The translations under genes and the position numbers were made by a program. This document shows positions 29,076 to 38,230 of a stretch of DNA of 64,000 bases, piece by piece. Source of the stretch: a virus. Positions within the stretch are counted from its first letter, which is position 1, and every line of letters starts with the position of its first letter. The notes under the pieces were generated by a model. It ran no database searches. It was not told where the DNA came from and saw nothing but the letters and a program-made list of their open reading frames with translations. The stretch is taken from positions 24,580 to 88,579 of the IMG/VR virus record IMGVR_UViG_3300034093_001036. One strand, 5' to 3'.

Positions 29076-29874
29076 TTTTTATGTAAACCCCGCTGCTTCT
29101 TTCAATGTTCATTCTGTCTTTTTCCATTTGCATCCATGTATCTGGTCCATATTTTTTTTGATTCTCAATCCAAGCATCTGATGCTTGTTCATCTACATAC
29201 CAAAAAGATCTAACAAAATACTTTTCTCCTTCAGTAGTTTCTCTTACTCCATGCCAGTACGGTGGCCTTGACGGAAAGATAATTACATCTCCTTCTTCTG
29301 GCTTATAAGTAATTCTTGTAAAAGAATCTTTATTGGAAAATACTTTAAATTCAATTTCTCCGCCATTATAGTTACTATTTAAATACATATTGCAAGTCAG
29401 GGCTTGTTTTTCTCCTGGACCCTCTGCATCTTCTTGTGGATAGTCTGTATGAAAAGACATAGAATATCTTGAATTGTTGTTTTCAATATGTGGAGAGTCA
29501 CTTTCAGCCTTTGTAGAATCTTTTGAATTATAGTATTTGCATATGTCAGCCTTTAAAAATACTAAGTCCTCTAAGGATAGACCCGTTGTATCAACATAAT
29601 GCTTTGTTGTTTTATAAAAAACATCAAGTATATCCTTGTGTTGATCTGATACAAGAAAAGATTCTATGTATAAAGACCATTCTTGATCTGAAGGAAAAGA
29701 TTTAGATCGATAAAAATTGTTATTGAAAATTTTATAAATATCCCCAAAGTCATACCACTTTTCCCAAGTTGCGGAATCTAGAGAATCCAGAAGGCCACGC
29801 AAATCTTTAAATGGGTTCTTATATACAAAAATGTTTTGGTCTATTTTATTAAAATTAATATTTTTAATTGTCAC
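29062..29874 (-). CDS. 2OG-Fe(II) oxygenase, prolyl 4-hydroxylase-like
   Basis: FHTD...MYLNSNYNGGEI...HGV.....GEKY. Confidence 0.88.
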   Translation of the reverse strand: MTIKNINFNKIDQNIFVYKNPFKDLRGLLDSLDSATWEKWYDFGDIYKIFNNNFYRSKSFPSDQEWSLYIESFLVSDQHKDILDVFYKTTKHYVDTTGLSLEDLVFLKADICKYYNSKDSTKAESDSPHIENNNSRYSMSFHTDYPQEDAEGPGEKQALTCNMYLNSNYNGGEIEFKVFSNKDSFTRITYKPEEGDVIIFPSRPPYWHGVRETTEGEKYFVRSFWYVDEQASDAWIENQKKYGPDTWMQMEKDRMNIERSSGVYIKNDYH

Positions 29875-30707
29875 ATTGCTACCTTAGATTCATCTATACC
29901 CTTTTTAATATTTGGCTTTTTGAAATCGTGATACCTGTCACCTCTATCAATTCTTTCTTTTTCCATCTTTGCCCATTCTTCAACACCAAATTTTTCTTGA
30001 TTATCGTGCCACTCTTTTGTTCCAGCAAATGGAATTTGATAAAAGCATCTAATAAGATATTTGTCAATATTTCTAATTCTTTTAACACCGTGAAGGTATC
30101 TTCCCTCTTGAGATAATAAATCTGGATGGCCTGAAGGAAAAACCAAAACATCTCCAGCCTCTGGTTTATAATCTATAACCGTTTTATTCCCAGTTAAAAA
30201 TGTTATACCTCCATCGCCATAGTCATCATTCAAATACATTGTGCATGTTAATGCAAATTGTGCTCCTGGGCAATCTGTTTCAAGGGCTTTATAGTCTGAG
30301 TGATGGATCATTTCTAAAGAATCTTTATCGCTATTTGGATCATTGTCATGAGTATATTTTGAAATTGATGGGCCCATAATAATCCAGTCCTCTCCTATTT
30401 TAAGATTATGGGCAGACATAAAATTTTCGGTTGCATAACCAAATGCATGCTGTATTGTTTCTAATGCCTCAACCTCTTCTAAATATAGTGTGTTATTAAT
30501 ATTAGGATCATCTTCATTTAGAAAATTACCAATGACATATACATAGTGTCCAAACCTACTCCATGGTTGCCAATCGTCAAATAAAAAACTAGTTCCTTTG
30601 TTTAATTCAGACTGCTTAAATAATTCTACAATCCTTTTATTGTTTGGAATTAACCCTTTGTAAACATAAATGTTTTCATCTAATTGTTTAACTGTAATAT
30701 TATTCAT
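29871..30707 (-). CDS. 2OG-Fe(II) oxygenase, prolyl 4-hydroxylase-like
   Basis: HHSD...MYLNDDYGDGG...HGV.....DKY. Confidence 0.88.
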   Translation of the reverse strand: MNNITVKQLDENIYVYKGLIPNNKRIVELFKQSELNKGTSFLFDDWQPWSRFGHYVYVIGNFLNEDDPNINNTLYLEEVEALETIQHAFGYATENFMSAHNLKIGEDWIIMGPSISKYTHDNDPNSDKDSLEMIHHSDYKALETDCPGAQFALTCTMYLNDDYGDGGITFLTGNKTVIDYKPEAGDVLVFPSGHPDLLSQEGRYLHGVKRIRNIDKYLIRCFYQIPFAGTKEWHDNQEKFGVEEWAKMEKERIDRGDRYHDFKKPNIKKGIDESKVAM

Positions 30708-30746
30708 TTTTTGTCCCCCATTGGATTATCTTTAAACATATAATTA

Positions 30747-31301
30747 TTATACCACCTTGTCTCCAAATAAAATTGCAAAACCAAATCTAGGGGTTATGGG
30801 TTCAACATAGTGGTAAGTTCCACCAGGTATATACAATAGATCTCCTTCTTCTAATATAACATCCATAAAAGGTTGATCATTTTCAACAGAATCATAAAGT
30901 CTCCAACGTGTTTTACCTTTACATTGCCAATGTATATTGTTTTCCCTGTCTTCATGTTTGCCAATAACTTGTCCGCTATCTTCAAGTTTAAGTGAACCAA
31001 ATAACTGACATGTTACAACCTTTAAATCTTTAAAACAAGGATAAAATCTAGAATGAACTTCTTTTACAAATAAATTTACTGAACTTATAATCTGTGCCTC
31101 ATCATAAAATAATGCGTATGGATTAGGCAAAATCTTTTTACCAGTTTTTTTGTGCTCATAATCATTTACAAACTGAAGCACTTCATCCCAGGTAACTTCA
31201 GGCATTGATATTTTTGGAAAAAGAGTTGCTACTTTATTATTATAAGCATTTAAAAAATTATCTTGATCTAAAAAATTAAAATCAAAACTTTTATTTTTCA
31301 T
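30747..31301 (-). CDS. JmjC/cupin 2OG oxygenase (RoxA/cupin_4-like)
   Basis: KHED....WQCKGKTRWRLY...LEEGDLLYIPGGTYH. Confidence 0.85.
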   Translation of the reverse strand: MKNKSFDFNFLDQDNFLNAYNNKVATLFPKISMPEVTWDEVLQFVNDYEHKKTGKKILPNPYALFYDEAQIISSVNLFVKEVHSRFYPCFKDLKVVTCQLFGSLKLEDSGQVIGKHEDRENNIHWQCKGKTRWRLYDSVENDQPFMDVILEEGDLLYIPGGTYHYVEPITPRFGFAILFGDKVV

Positions 31302-31972
31302 TTTGATTTTCCATGTGAACGAATTGTAAAGAAAAAAGGAATAACATATCTAATTCCTTTTTTAATTTCTCTTACTCCGTGAATATAATTTAAATCTCCA
31401 GGGAAGAAATATGCAGAACCCGCTTTTGGCTTAAACTCAATTCCTTGATTTGGGAAATATAACTCTCCACCTTCATAGTCATCATTAAGATAAAAAAGAC
31501 CTGCAATATCATACCAAGGAAAATCATTTGGCTTTCCTACATTGTCTCCTTCGTGCAACTCTTTATCTGCATGTGGGTTTTGTAGTTGTCCTGGAAGCCA
31601 TCTAACAATTGCTGTTGCTGTGGGCCAGGCGTCAATATTAAAAAAATCATTTACTTCTTCTGTAAGCCTGTCTTGAAGGCTTTTAATTACTGGGTTTATA
31701 TTTTTATTATTTTGATCTAATCTATCTCCAGTGCAGACTCTGTCATCCCAATATTTAGAATCATAAATAACAGTTCCTTCTTCGTTATAGTGAGTTTCAG
31801 TAATATCCCAAATTGTAATATTTTTTGCTGATTCTGATAAAAAAGATAGTTCTTCGTCGGTCATAAAATTGTTTCGTGCTTGGATCATATCTGCACTTTT
31901 ACCAAAAAATCCAGAGGGAGTTATTGAAAATCTATCTTTATCTTGGTGATTAGAGTACTCTATTTTTTTCAT
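31298..31972 (-). CDS. 2OG-Fe(II) oxygenase, prolyl 4-hydroxylase-like
   Basis: PHAD...FYLNDDYEGGELYF...HGV.....GIRY; leaderless promoter. Confidence 0.88.
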   Translation of the reverse strand: MKKIEYSNHQDKDRFSITPSGFFGKSADMIQARNNFMTDEELSFLSESAKNITIWDITETHYNEEGTVIYDSKYWDDRVCTGDRLDQNNKNINPVIKSLQDRLTEEVNDFFNIDAWPTATAIVRWLPGQLQNPHADKELHEGDNVGKPNDFPWYDIAGLFYLNDDYEGGELYFPNQGIEFKPKAGSAYFFPGDLNYIHGVREIKKGIRYVIPFFFTIRSHGKSK

Positions 31973-31992
31973 ACAGTTAGTATATCATCTTT

Positions 31993-32727
31993 CTATTCAT
32001 ATTTGCGCTGCTCCCAGATTTCATTTTTATATATTCCGCCATTTGGTTTTCTATAAATTTGATAATTTTCTATTGATTGCTTCATTAGTTCAACTGCATT
32101 ATCTTGTTCTATTATTTCAGAAGTCCAGGATTCTCTTTTAAATGGCAGAAGTTGAGCATACGCTGTTCCTTCTGGAATAATTCCCTCAAAACCCTCACAA
32201 ATAAAAAATGGAAAAGATCCAGGCATATGAACTTTGTCGTTATCCACAATTCCACTAGTTAGCAAAAATGGTAACTCAAATCTGTTAAATGGCTGAGTAT
32301 ACAATACGCTATATCCTGGAGGAGTTTTTATTTGCCAATCTGGAGTTATTGCAAAATGATTTTTGTAATACCCGCGGGGGTGTTCAAACTGTGGCATTTC
32401 TGATCTTTCTTCAATTAAGTTTTTATATTTTACATTTAAAACTTTATGTTTTAGTCCAGAATCAGTCATGTAGAATTCAATATCGCAAGGAAGATTAAGA
32501 GAATATCCAGAACCCATAATATCAAAAATTGCAGGACAGGCCTTCCATGTAGGAACTTTTCCACCATCCTCTCCTATATAAAAAGAATTGTCTGTTGGTA
32601 ATTTTGCAAACCTATCTGCTTTTCTAAACCATTCAGGAATTGTTCTTATAATTGGAGTTGGTGCTGACTTGCTTTCTTTTGAAAGCCAAATTTTATTTGC
32701 AATAAAAGATATTTTTTCTGTATTCAT
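31993..32727 (-). CDS. Conserved phage protein, probably related to DUF6065
   Basis: 244 aa with KACPAIFD..GSGY, WQIKTPPGYS, SGIVDND and IPEGTAYAQLLPFKR; same layout as the neighbouring DUF6065-like gene. Confidence 0.55.
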   Translation of the reverse strand: MNTEKISFIANKIWLSKESKSAPTPIIRTIPEWFRKADRFAKLPTDNSFYIGEDGGKVPTWKACPAIFDIMGSGYSLNLPCDIEFYMTDSGLKHKVLNVKYKNLIEERSEMPQFEHPRGYYKNHFAITPDWQIKTPPGYSVLYTQPFNRFELPFLLTSGIVDNDKVHMPGSFPFFICEGFEGIIPEGTAYAQLLPFKRESWTSEIIEQDNAVELMKQSIENYQIYRKPNGGIYKNEIWEQRKYE

Positions 32728-33437
32728 TACTTGTCACTTTGATATTTATTAATTGAAAGTTTTAAGGATTTTACTTCGTGCTCTCCAAGGCTATTTCCTA
32801 AATGGTCAACAGCATCTCTATAAAAGTTTGTCCATTGTCCAGACTGAGTTATTTCTCCAGAGGCTTTTCCATATTCAGAAAGATTCTTTTCAAAATCTTG
32901 ATCTTTTACATAGTCGTACAGATTTACTTCTGTTGCTTGGAGTTTTTTTAAACTAATTGGCATAATACAAACAATTGGTGTTCCTGCTGGTATTGTTATT
33001 ACTTCATTTGCCCTTGTTATTTTCCATGCATATGGAAGTGGAGCAAGATGGACAACTGGACTAATTACACTTGAGAATCCTTGAACACCATCAATAAATT
33101 GATTTGGAACTGGAAGGAGCAGTAGACTAATCTCATCAGTACTTTTAAAATATAAACCACTATTAAAACTTATAGTTCCGTTAGCCCTGTTTGCATGAAC
33201 ATACTTTTCTCCAGAAAGAATTTCAAGGTCTTCAGATCTAGAGTTTGGATCTGTTCCTTTCCAAATAAAAGAAATGTCTTCTGGAAAAGAAAATGTCCAT
33301 CCTGTTGTGTTTGCCAACGATACTGGGAAGCAATGATAGGCGTGTTTGTCAAAAGTTTCATCCATCCAGTTTCTTCTAACTTTTAAAGTATCAAAAGTTA
33401 CATCAGAATGTGGTGTTTGATAAACATCTATAGACAT
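32727..33437 (-). CDS. DUF6065-like protein
   Basis: RRNWMDET..HAYHCFPVSLANTTGW motif, recognised from memory of the family. Confidence 0.65.
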   Translation of the reverse strand: MSIDVYQTPHSDVTFDTLKVRRNWMDETFDKHAYHCFPVSLANTTGWTFSFPEDISFIWKGTDPNSRSEDLEILSGEKYVHANRANGTISFNSGLYFKSTDEISLLLLPVPNQFIDGVQGFSSVISPVVHLAPLPYAWKITRANEVITIPAGTPIVCIMPISLKKLQATEVNLYDYVKDQDFEKNLSEYGKASGEITQSGQWTNFYRDAVDHLGNSLGEHEVKSLKLSINKYQSDK

Positions 33438-33438
33438 G

Positions 33439-34125
33439 TTAGTTTCCTGTTTCTAAAAACATCTCTGGTCCATGGAATTTTGCGCTGTAGTCTAGCATTG
33501 TTACAATTGAATATTTAGTTCCGCTAGTAACTGGCATTGCTCTATGAGAATACATATATGTTGATGGGAAAATATACAAATCTCCAGCACGTGGTTTTAC
33601 TAATAAATCTTGGTGTTGAAAATGTAAACCACCGTCGACGTAGTCGTCATTTGGGTATGCAACCAAAGACACTGTACAGTTATAAGAAAATCCATGATCA
33701 TGATGATATTGGAAATGCTGACCCTCATGGTATCTAATAAAATTCATTGCTTCCCAAAACCTTAGTTCTGCAATATTAAACATTTTACGATAGTGCTCAA
33801 CTGCTGGACTTTTTCTATCGTAGCAGTCTTGCCAAAGTTGTTGAAGCGCTAAAGATGCTTCTCCTGGTCTTTGTGCCATATCTTTCTTTGTAAACTTAAA
33901 GTCAACACAATCTCTATATTCTGGCATGCTTTCTTGATAGCCAACAAACGCTTCCATCCAGTGAAATGGGTTGCTTTGGTCTTCAAGAACAGACTCTAAT
34001 CTGTTAATAATATCCAGTTCTTTAGGTAAAACATCTCTATAGACAAAAATTCCACTCCCTAGATCTTCAAAAGACGACCAGGTTTGCTCTATAGGGGTTG
34101 TCTCAGTTTGAACATGTTTTTGCAT
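33439..34125 (-). CDS. 2OG-Fe(II) oxygenase, prolyl 4-hydroxylase-like
   Basis: YHHDHG...AYPNDDYVDGG...HRAMPVTSGTKY. Confidence 0.88.
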   Translation of the reverse strand: MQKHVQTETTPIEQTWSSFEDLGSGIFVYRDVLPKELDIINRLESVLEDQSNPFHWMEAFVGYQESMPEYRDCVDFKFTKKDMAQRPGEASLALQQLWQDCYDRKSPAVEHYRKMFNIAELRFWEAMNFIRYHEGQHFQYHHDHGFSYNCTVSLVAYPNDDYVDGGLHFQHQDLLVKPRAGDLYIFPSTYMYSHRAMPVTSGTKYSIVTMLDYSAKFHGPEMFLETGN

Positions 34126-34160
34126 TTTTTCCTGCTTTCTACTATGTATATATTATAGCA

Positions 34161-34865
34161 CTAGTTATTCTTATGATGTAAATCGTTATAGTCTGTCATA
34201 ATTACAACAGAATACTTTATACCCTGCAATAATTCACAAGAGGCATGCTCATAAACAAAATTTGATGGGAAAAGAACAATGTCTCCAGCCTGGGGCTTAA
34301 TCTTTAATTCTTGTCTTGGAAACTCTAATTCTCCACCAACATAGTCATCATTAAGATATAGTATTGCAGATATTGTACATGCATAGAATGGGCCATGGTC
34401 ACCATGAAGTTTAAAATATTTCCCAGGTAGATACTTAACAAAATTAAAGGCTTCTTTGTATTTCATCTGAAGATGCCATAAAGACTCATAATCATTTAGG
34501 CAGACATCTAATGCGTCTTCTACCTCTTTGTGTATGTCAAACATGTCTTGATTAAAAGATATCCCAGACTTTCCAAGCATATCTCTTTTATATTTTATAT
34601 CAATGCAGTTCCTAACATAATCTAAATTTTCTACATCATTAACCATTGCTGTAGACCAAGAAAGGTTACAGTCTGGATCGTTTGCTGAGTTTTCTAGTCT
34701 TTTAATTATACTATCACACTGGCTTCTATTTATGGCATTTTTATATACATTAATACCGTAGCCAATATTTAAAACCTCTATGTTATTTGACATTGATCTA
34801 GACTTTAGCCTACTGTCTGCTTTTTCTAATCTTGGTAAATCAAGCCACCCAAAGTTATTTGTCAT
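34161..34865 (-). CDS. 2OG-Fe(II) oxygenase, prolyl 4-hydroxylase-like
   Basis: LHGDHG...LYLNDDYVGGELEF...HAS.....GIKY; paralog of 33439-34125. Confidence 0.88.
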   Translation of the reverse strand: MTNNFGWLDLPRLEKADSRLKSRSMSNNIEVLNIGYGINVYKNAINRSQCDSIIKRLENSANDPDCNLSWSTAMVNDVENLDYVRNCIDIKYKRDMLGKSGISFNQDMFDIHKEVEDALDVCLNDYESLWHLQMKYKEAFNFVKYLPGKYFKLHGDHGPFYACTISAILYLNDDYVGGELEFPRQELKIKPQAGDIVLFPSNFVYEHASCELLQGIKYSVVIMTDYNDLHHKNN

Positions 34866-34909
34866 TCTAATATTATAGCATATCTACATATTTATACAAA
34901 ATATTAATT

Positions 34910-35587
34910 TTAAATTTGATATATGTAAATTTCTGCAAAATCATAAATTGGATCTTTTTTAAGCAATTCTTTAAAAATATAATCATTTTCAAAATGAAAA
35001 ACAAAAAAGGATTTAGATTTTGATAAAATTTCCCATTTATCTAATATTAATTTATTAAAAATTTCAGGCAGCAATGGGTAATAAAAATAATAAACACACT
35101 TTTCTTCTGAAAAATGATAATCATTTATATCACTATTTATAAAATCAACTTCTTTATCTATTTCTATATTAATTGTTTTTAAATTATTTAAAGCAATATT
35201 GTTGAATTGATCGTCTATCTCTACACCTACATACTTCTTATACGGTGCATTTGAGATTAACTGATGTAAAATTGTTTTTCCCTTACCGCTACCTATATCT
35301 AAAAAGGTATACTCCTCAATTCCTTCAATATCTTTCATAAAATTATTCACCATGTCTAAAATTTTTAAAGGTGAGTTCTGTAAACCCATTGATCCTGGAA
35401 ACCTATCATTATTATCAATACTGCCTGGCACATATTCACCAGAACCATCTGAGGCTAAAGGAGTTGGATGCCAAGTGTCTACATTATATTTTTCATCAAA
35501 AAATTTGAATAATGAAGCGTCTTCTCTTCTAATTTTTTTTAATACATCTAAATTCTTTATTGTACTTTTGTCTACACCTTTATGCAT
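34910..35587 (-). CDS. Class I SAM-dependent methyltransferase
   Basis: Motif I FLDIGSGKGK, then YVGVEID and YYFYYP. Confidence 0.85.
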   Translation of the reverse strand: MHKGVDKSTIKNLDVLKKIRREDASLFKFFDEKYNVDTWHPTPLASDGSGEYVPGSIDNNDRFPGSMGLQNSPLKILDMVNNFMKDIEGIEEYTFLDIGSGKGKTILHQLISNAPYKKYVGVEIDDQFNNIALNNLKTINIEIDKEVDFINSDINDYHFSEEKCVYYFYYPLLPEIFNKLILDKWEILSKSKSFFVFHFENDYIFKELLKKDPIYDFAEIYIYQI

Positions 35588-36167
35588 TTTTTGCTCCTAA
35601 ATATTTGTTTGGCATGATATCAATTATAGCATGGATTCTGTCATGGTCACTATCGTTTATTACTGAGTGTGGAATAATATTATTAATCTCATACCAATTT
35701 CCAACCTCAAGATACTTTTTTTCTTCAAATACTTCAAATATGACTTTTGGATTTGTTATTAGTGGAATATGTATTCTTCTACCGAGTTGTAGCATTACCC
35801 CGCCATCAACGTGAGATTTTATTCCAGAGCGCTTATTCATTTGAATTATCTCACTCCTAATAACTTTGCCATCGTACAAGTTTTCTAAATATTCATAAAT
35901 AGCATTAAGGCTTTCATTAGATTGTTTATTTTTAAAATAATTTATATCATAAGATGTATTGCCTTGTCCAATTTCCCAATGATAAGACATAAACCTTAGT
36001 TGAAACATTTTTGTATCTTTGTGCGTTGCCAACTTGTCTTGACGAGAAGTATCCAGTAGCCACTCATTTTCAAAAGAGTTAACTTCTTGAATTATTGAAG
36101 ATAGATCAACTGGTAAAGATCCATATTGATAGTTCCAAGAAGTATTCTTATCTGGTAGTTTTAACAT
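35580..36167 (-). CDS. Aspartyl/asparaginyl beta-hydroxylase-family 2OG oxygenase
   Basis: IKSHVD...RIHIPLITNP...EINN..PHSVIN....RIHAIID. Confidence 0.88.
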   Translation of the reverse strand: MLKLPDKNTSWNYQYGSLPVDLSSIIQEVNSFENEWLLDTSRQDKLATHKDTKMFQLRFMSYHWEIGQGNTSYDINYFKNKQSNESLNAIYEYLENLYDGKVIRSEIIQMNKRSGIKSHVDGGVMLQLGRRIHIPLITNPKVIFEVFEEKKYLEVGNWYEINNIIPHSVINDSDHDRIHAIIDIMPNKYLGAKNA

Positions 36168-36834
36168 AATCGTAAATTTCCATATCTAAATTGTTTAATT
36201 CTTCAATTTTATTTTTCATTGAATCTGATATTTTAATAGTTTGAAAATTTTCATTAATAGCATTTTTATTTGAAAAACTATAAAACCCATATGCCTGATA
36301 ACATAGATCATTTAACCTTGATATAAAAGATGAATGATTGTCTAATGTATCTATTAGAGCCATTGAGTCTATAAGGTCTTTTACTTCTTTTATATCTACG
36401 CTACCTTCTTCAAGGCACCAACTTTCATTGGCTCTTTGAATTCCGTGGTCTAAAGAATTATAAAAATCTTCGTTTAAACTTTTATTTAAACTTCTAGCCT
36501 GAAGGTTATGGTGTTTTGAATTTTCCACCCATTTTTCAAGTTGAGCCTCTAAGTGAGCACCTTTAAAAGATGGATGTAAATAAATAAAGTTGCTTATAAA
36601 TCTATCTAATGGATTTCTAACCAAGCCTATATTTATTAAGTCGTCTCTATACTTTAATGCAGTCAGACCAAAGTGCCCTGAAATAAACCGTTTATCAACA
36701 AAGGTTTTTGGAAAAACCTCTCCGTGGTTTGTAGCAAAGTATGGAATCTTCCTAATCTTTAGATCATTAACAATATGAGTCTTTATATATATACCCGAAC
36801 ATCTTGGGATATGTATATGATTTATTGAACTCAT
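36148..36834 (-). CDS. Sulfotransferase-family protein
   Basis: 5'-PSB-like HIHIPRCSG, ISGHF, 3'-PB-like VRNPLDRFIS and C-terminal N.LD.EIY. Confidence 0.78.
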   Translation of the reverse strand: MSSINHIHIPRCSGIYIKTHIVNDLKIRKIPYFATNHGEVFPKTFVDKRFISGHFGLTALKYRDDLINIGLVRNPLDRFISNFIYLHPSFKGAHLEAQLEKWVENSKHHNLQARSLNKSLNEDFYNSLDHGIQRANESWCLEEGSVDIKEVKDLIDSMALIDTLDNHSSFISRLNDLCYQAYGFYSFSNKNAINENFQTIKISDSMKNKIEELNNLDMEIYDYVKTTR

Positions 36835-36835
36835 A

Positions 36836-38200
36836 CTACTGAGAATCTCTGATAGTTAAGCCTTGGAAGGCACCCTTCTTATTATGAGAGATTAGATCTC
36901 CTGCAATAAAGAGTGAATAAGGATTTACAGTGATGTCATAAACATCTGTTGTTTCATCAATATATTCAACAACTTCAACAAGGGTATCAACTGCTTGATT
37001 ATTGATATCGGATACTAGGTAGTCTCCAACTTTAACGACGCCAGCCTGTACGAATGCATAGACTCCATCTCTCTTAACAAGCATCAAGTGCTCCATAGAG
37101 AATCGTTTTTCGTTGGTGCTATTGAATGCTACTGTAGTTGCAACATCTCTAGCCTTGATTGCTCCGATAACTGTTTCAACAACTGATGATCCAGTTAGAG
37201 TATCAGATACCCATGTCTCAGCAAAATCAACAGATGAGTTATCTGGTAATTCATTGAAACTGTAGGATACTAGACTTTGTCCAATAGCCAGGTCTCTTGC
37301 TTTAACATATCCACTAGTTGTTCTTACAAGAACATCACCTTGTACGCAGAATACTGGTGGGAAGAACGGACAGAATACTGGTGGGAAGAACGGACAGAAT
37401 ACTGGTGGGAAGAACGGACAAAAACGTGGTGGGAAGAACGGACAGAATACTGGTGGGAAGAACGGTGGGAAGAATGGGAAGAACGGACAAAAACGTGGTG
37501 GGAAGAACGGTGGGAAGAACGGTGGGAAGAATGGGAAGAACGGTGGGAAGAATGGTGGGAAGAATGGGAAGAACGGTGGGAAAAATGGAGGGAAGAAAGG
37601 AGGTGTTGTTGTAACGTTGTTAGAACTATTACCGTATAGTCCATCTCCATTAGCATTTATAGCAAGAACCTGATAACTCTGTGATGTATCTCCAGTTTCT
37701 GCTACAGTTGTTGACAAAACATTTCCTACAACATAAACTGGACCATCAGAAGACTTTACACGATATCCAGTAATTGCAGATCCGCCAGTTGCAGGTGCTG
37801 TCCAAGATACTGTATCTAAGTTAACGGCTGTAGTTGCTGTTGGAGCATTTGGAGCAGCAGGAACTGTTGTTGCCAATACTCCTGCTGATGCAGAAGATGC
37901 TGCTGATGTTCCCGCAGCATTAGTTCCTGTTACTGTAAATGTGTAAGAAGTATTTGATGCAAGACCATCAACGGTAATTGGAGAGGCAGAAGAACTTCCT
38001 GTAAACCCTCCTGGAGAAGATGTTACTGTAAATGATGTTGCTGCTGGAGAATCTCCTGGTAATGAAAAACTAACACTTATGGCACCATTGTTAAACGCAC
38101 GTGAAGTTCCTACGTTTGTGCCTACAACAGATATGGGTGGTTTTGGCTCTAATGAGTCATTCTGTTGTAAAGATTTAGATCCTAGTTCTTTTTTTGCCAT
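36836..38200 (-). CDS. Fibronectin type III + PPFF/Cys repeat + Hint-domain protein (copy A)
   Basis: Two FN3-like domains (GLASNTSYTFTVTGTNAAG; VSWTAPATGGSAITGY), about 85 aa of PPFF/PPVFC repeats, then a Hint domain CVQGD...SMEH...VYDITV...SHN at 36881-37348. Confidence 0.88.
   Translation of the reverse strand: MAKKELGSKSLQQNDSLEPKPPISVVGTNVGTSRAFNNGAISVSFSLPGDSPAATSFTVTSSPGGFTGSSSASPITVDGLASNTSYTFTVTGTNAAGTSAASSASAGVLATTVPAAPNAPTATTAVNLDTVSWTAPATGGSAITGYRVKSSDGPVYVVGNVLSTTVAETGDTSQSYQVLAINANGDGLYGNSSNNVTTTPPFFPPFFPPFFPFFPPFFPPFFPFFPPFFPPFFPPRFCPFFPFFPPFFPPVFCPFFPPRFCPFFPPVFCPFFPPVFCPFFPPVFCVQGDVLVRTTSGYVKARDLAIGQSLVSYSFNELPDNSSVDFAETWVSDTLTGSSVVETVIGAIKARDVATTVAFNSTNEKRFSMEHLMLVKRDGVYAFVQAGVVKVGDYLVSDINNQAVDTLVEVVEYIDETTDVYDITVNPYSLFIAGDLISHNKKGAFQGLTIRDSQ
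37349..37603 (-). repeat. Tandem 9/12/24-nt repeats encoding PFF, PPFF and PP(V/R)FCPFF
   Basis: Plus strand units ggtgggaagaac and ggtgggaagaacggacagaatact. Confidence 0.95.
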
Positions 38201-38230
38201 TTTTTATTTCTCCAATTTTCTTTGTATTTT

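Noticed and set aside
36881-37348. Hint domains as classical mobile inteins
   Set aside because: There is no homing endonuclease, the +1 residue is Lys, the C-extein is only 14 aa, and the host protein is not a conserved enzyme.
37277-37656. ORFs with WWEER, VGRTDRIL and SSHR repeats (also at 48565-48893)
   Set aside because: They are alternative-frame or antisense readings of the PPFF repeat DNA. The PPFF frame is continuous with the FN3 and Hint domains.
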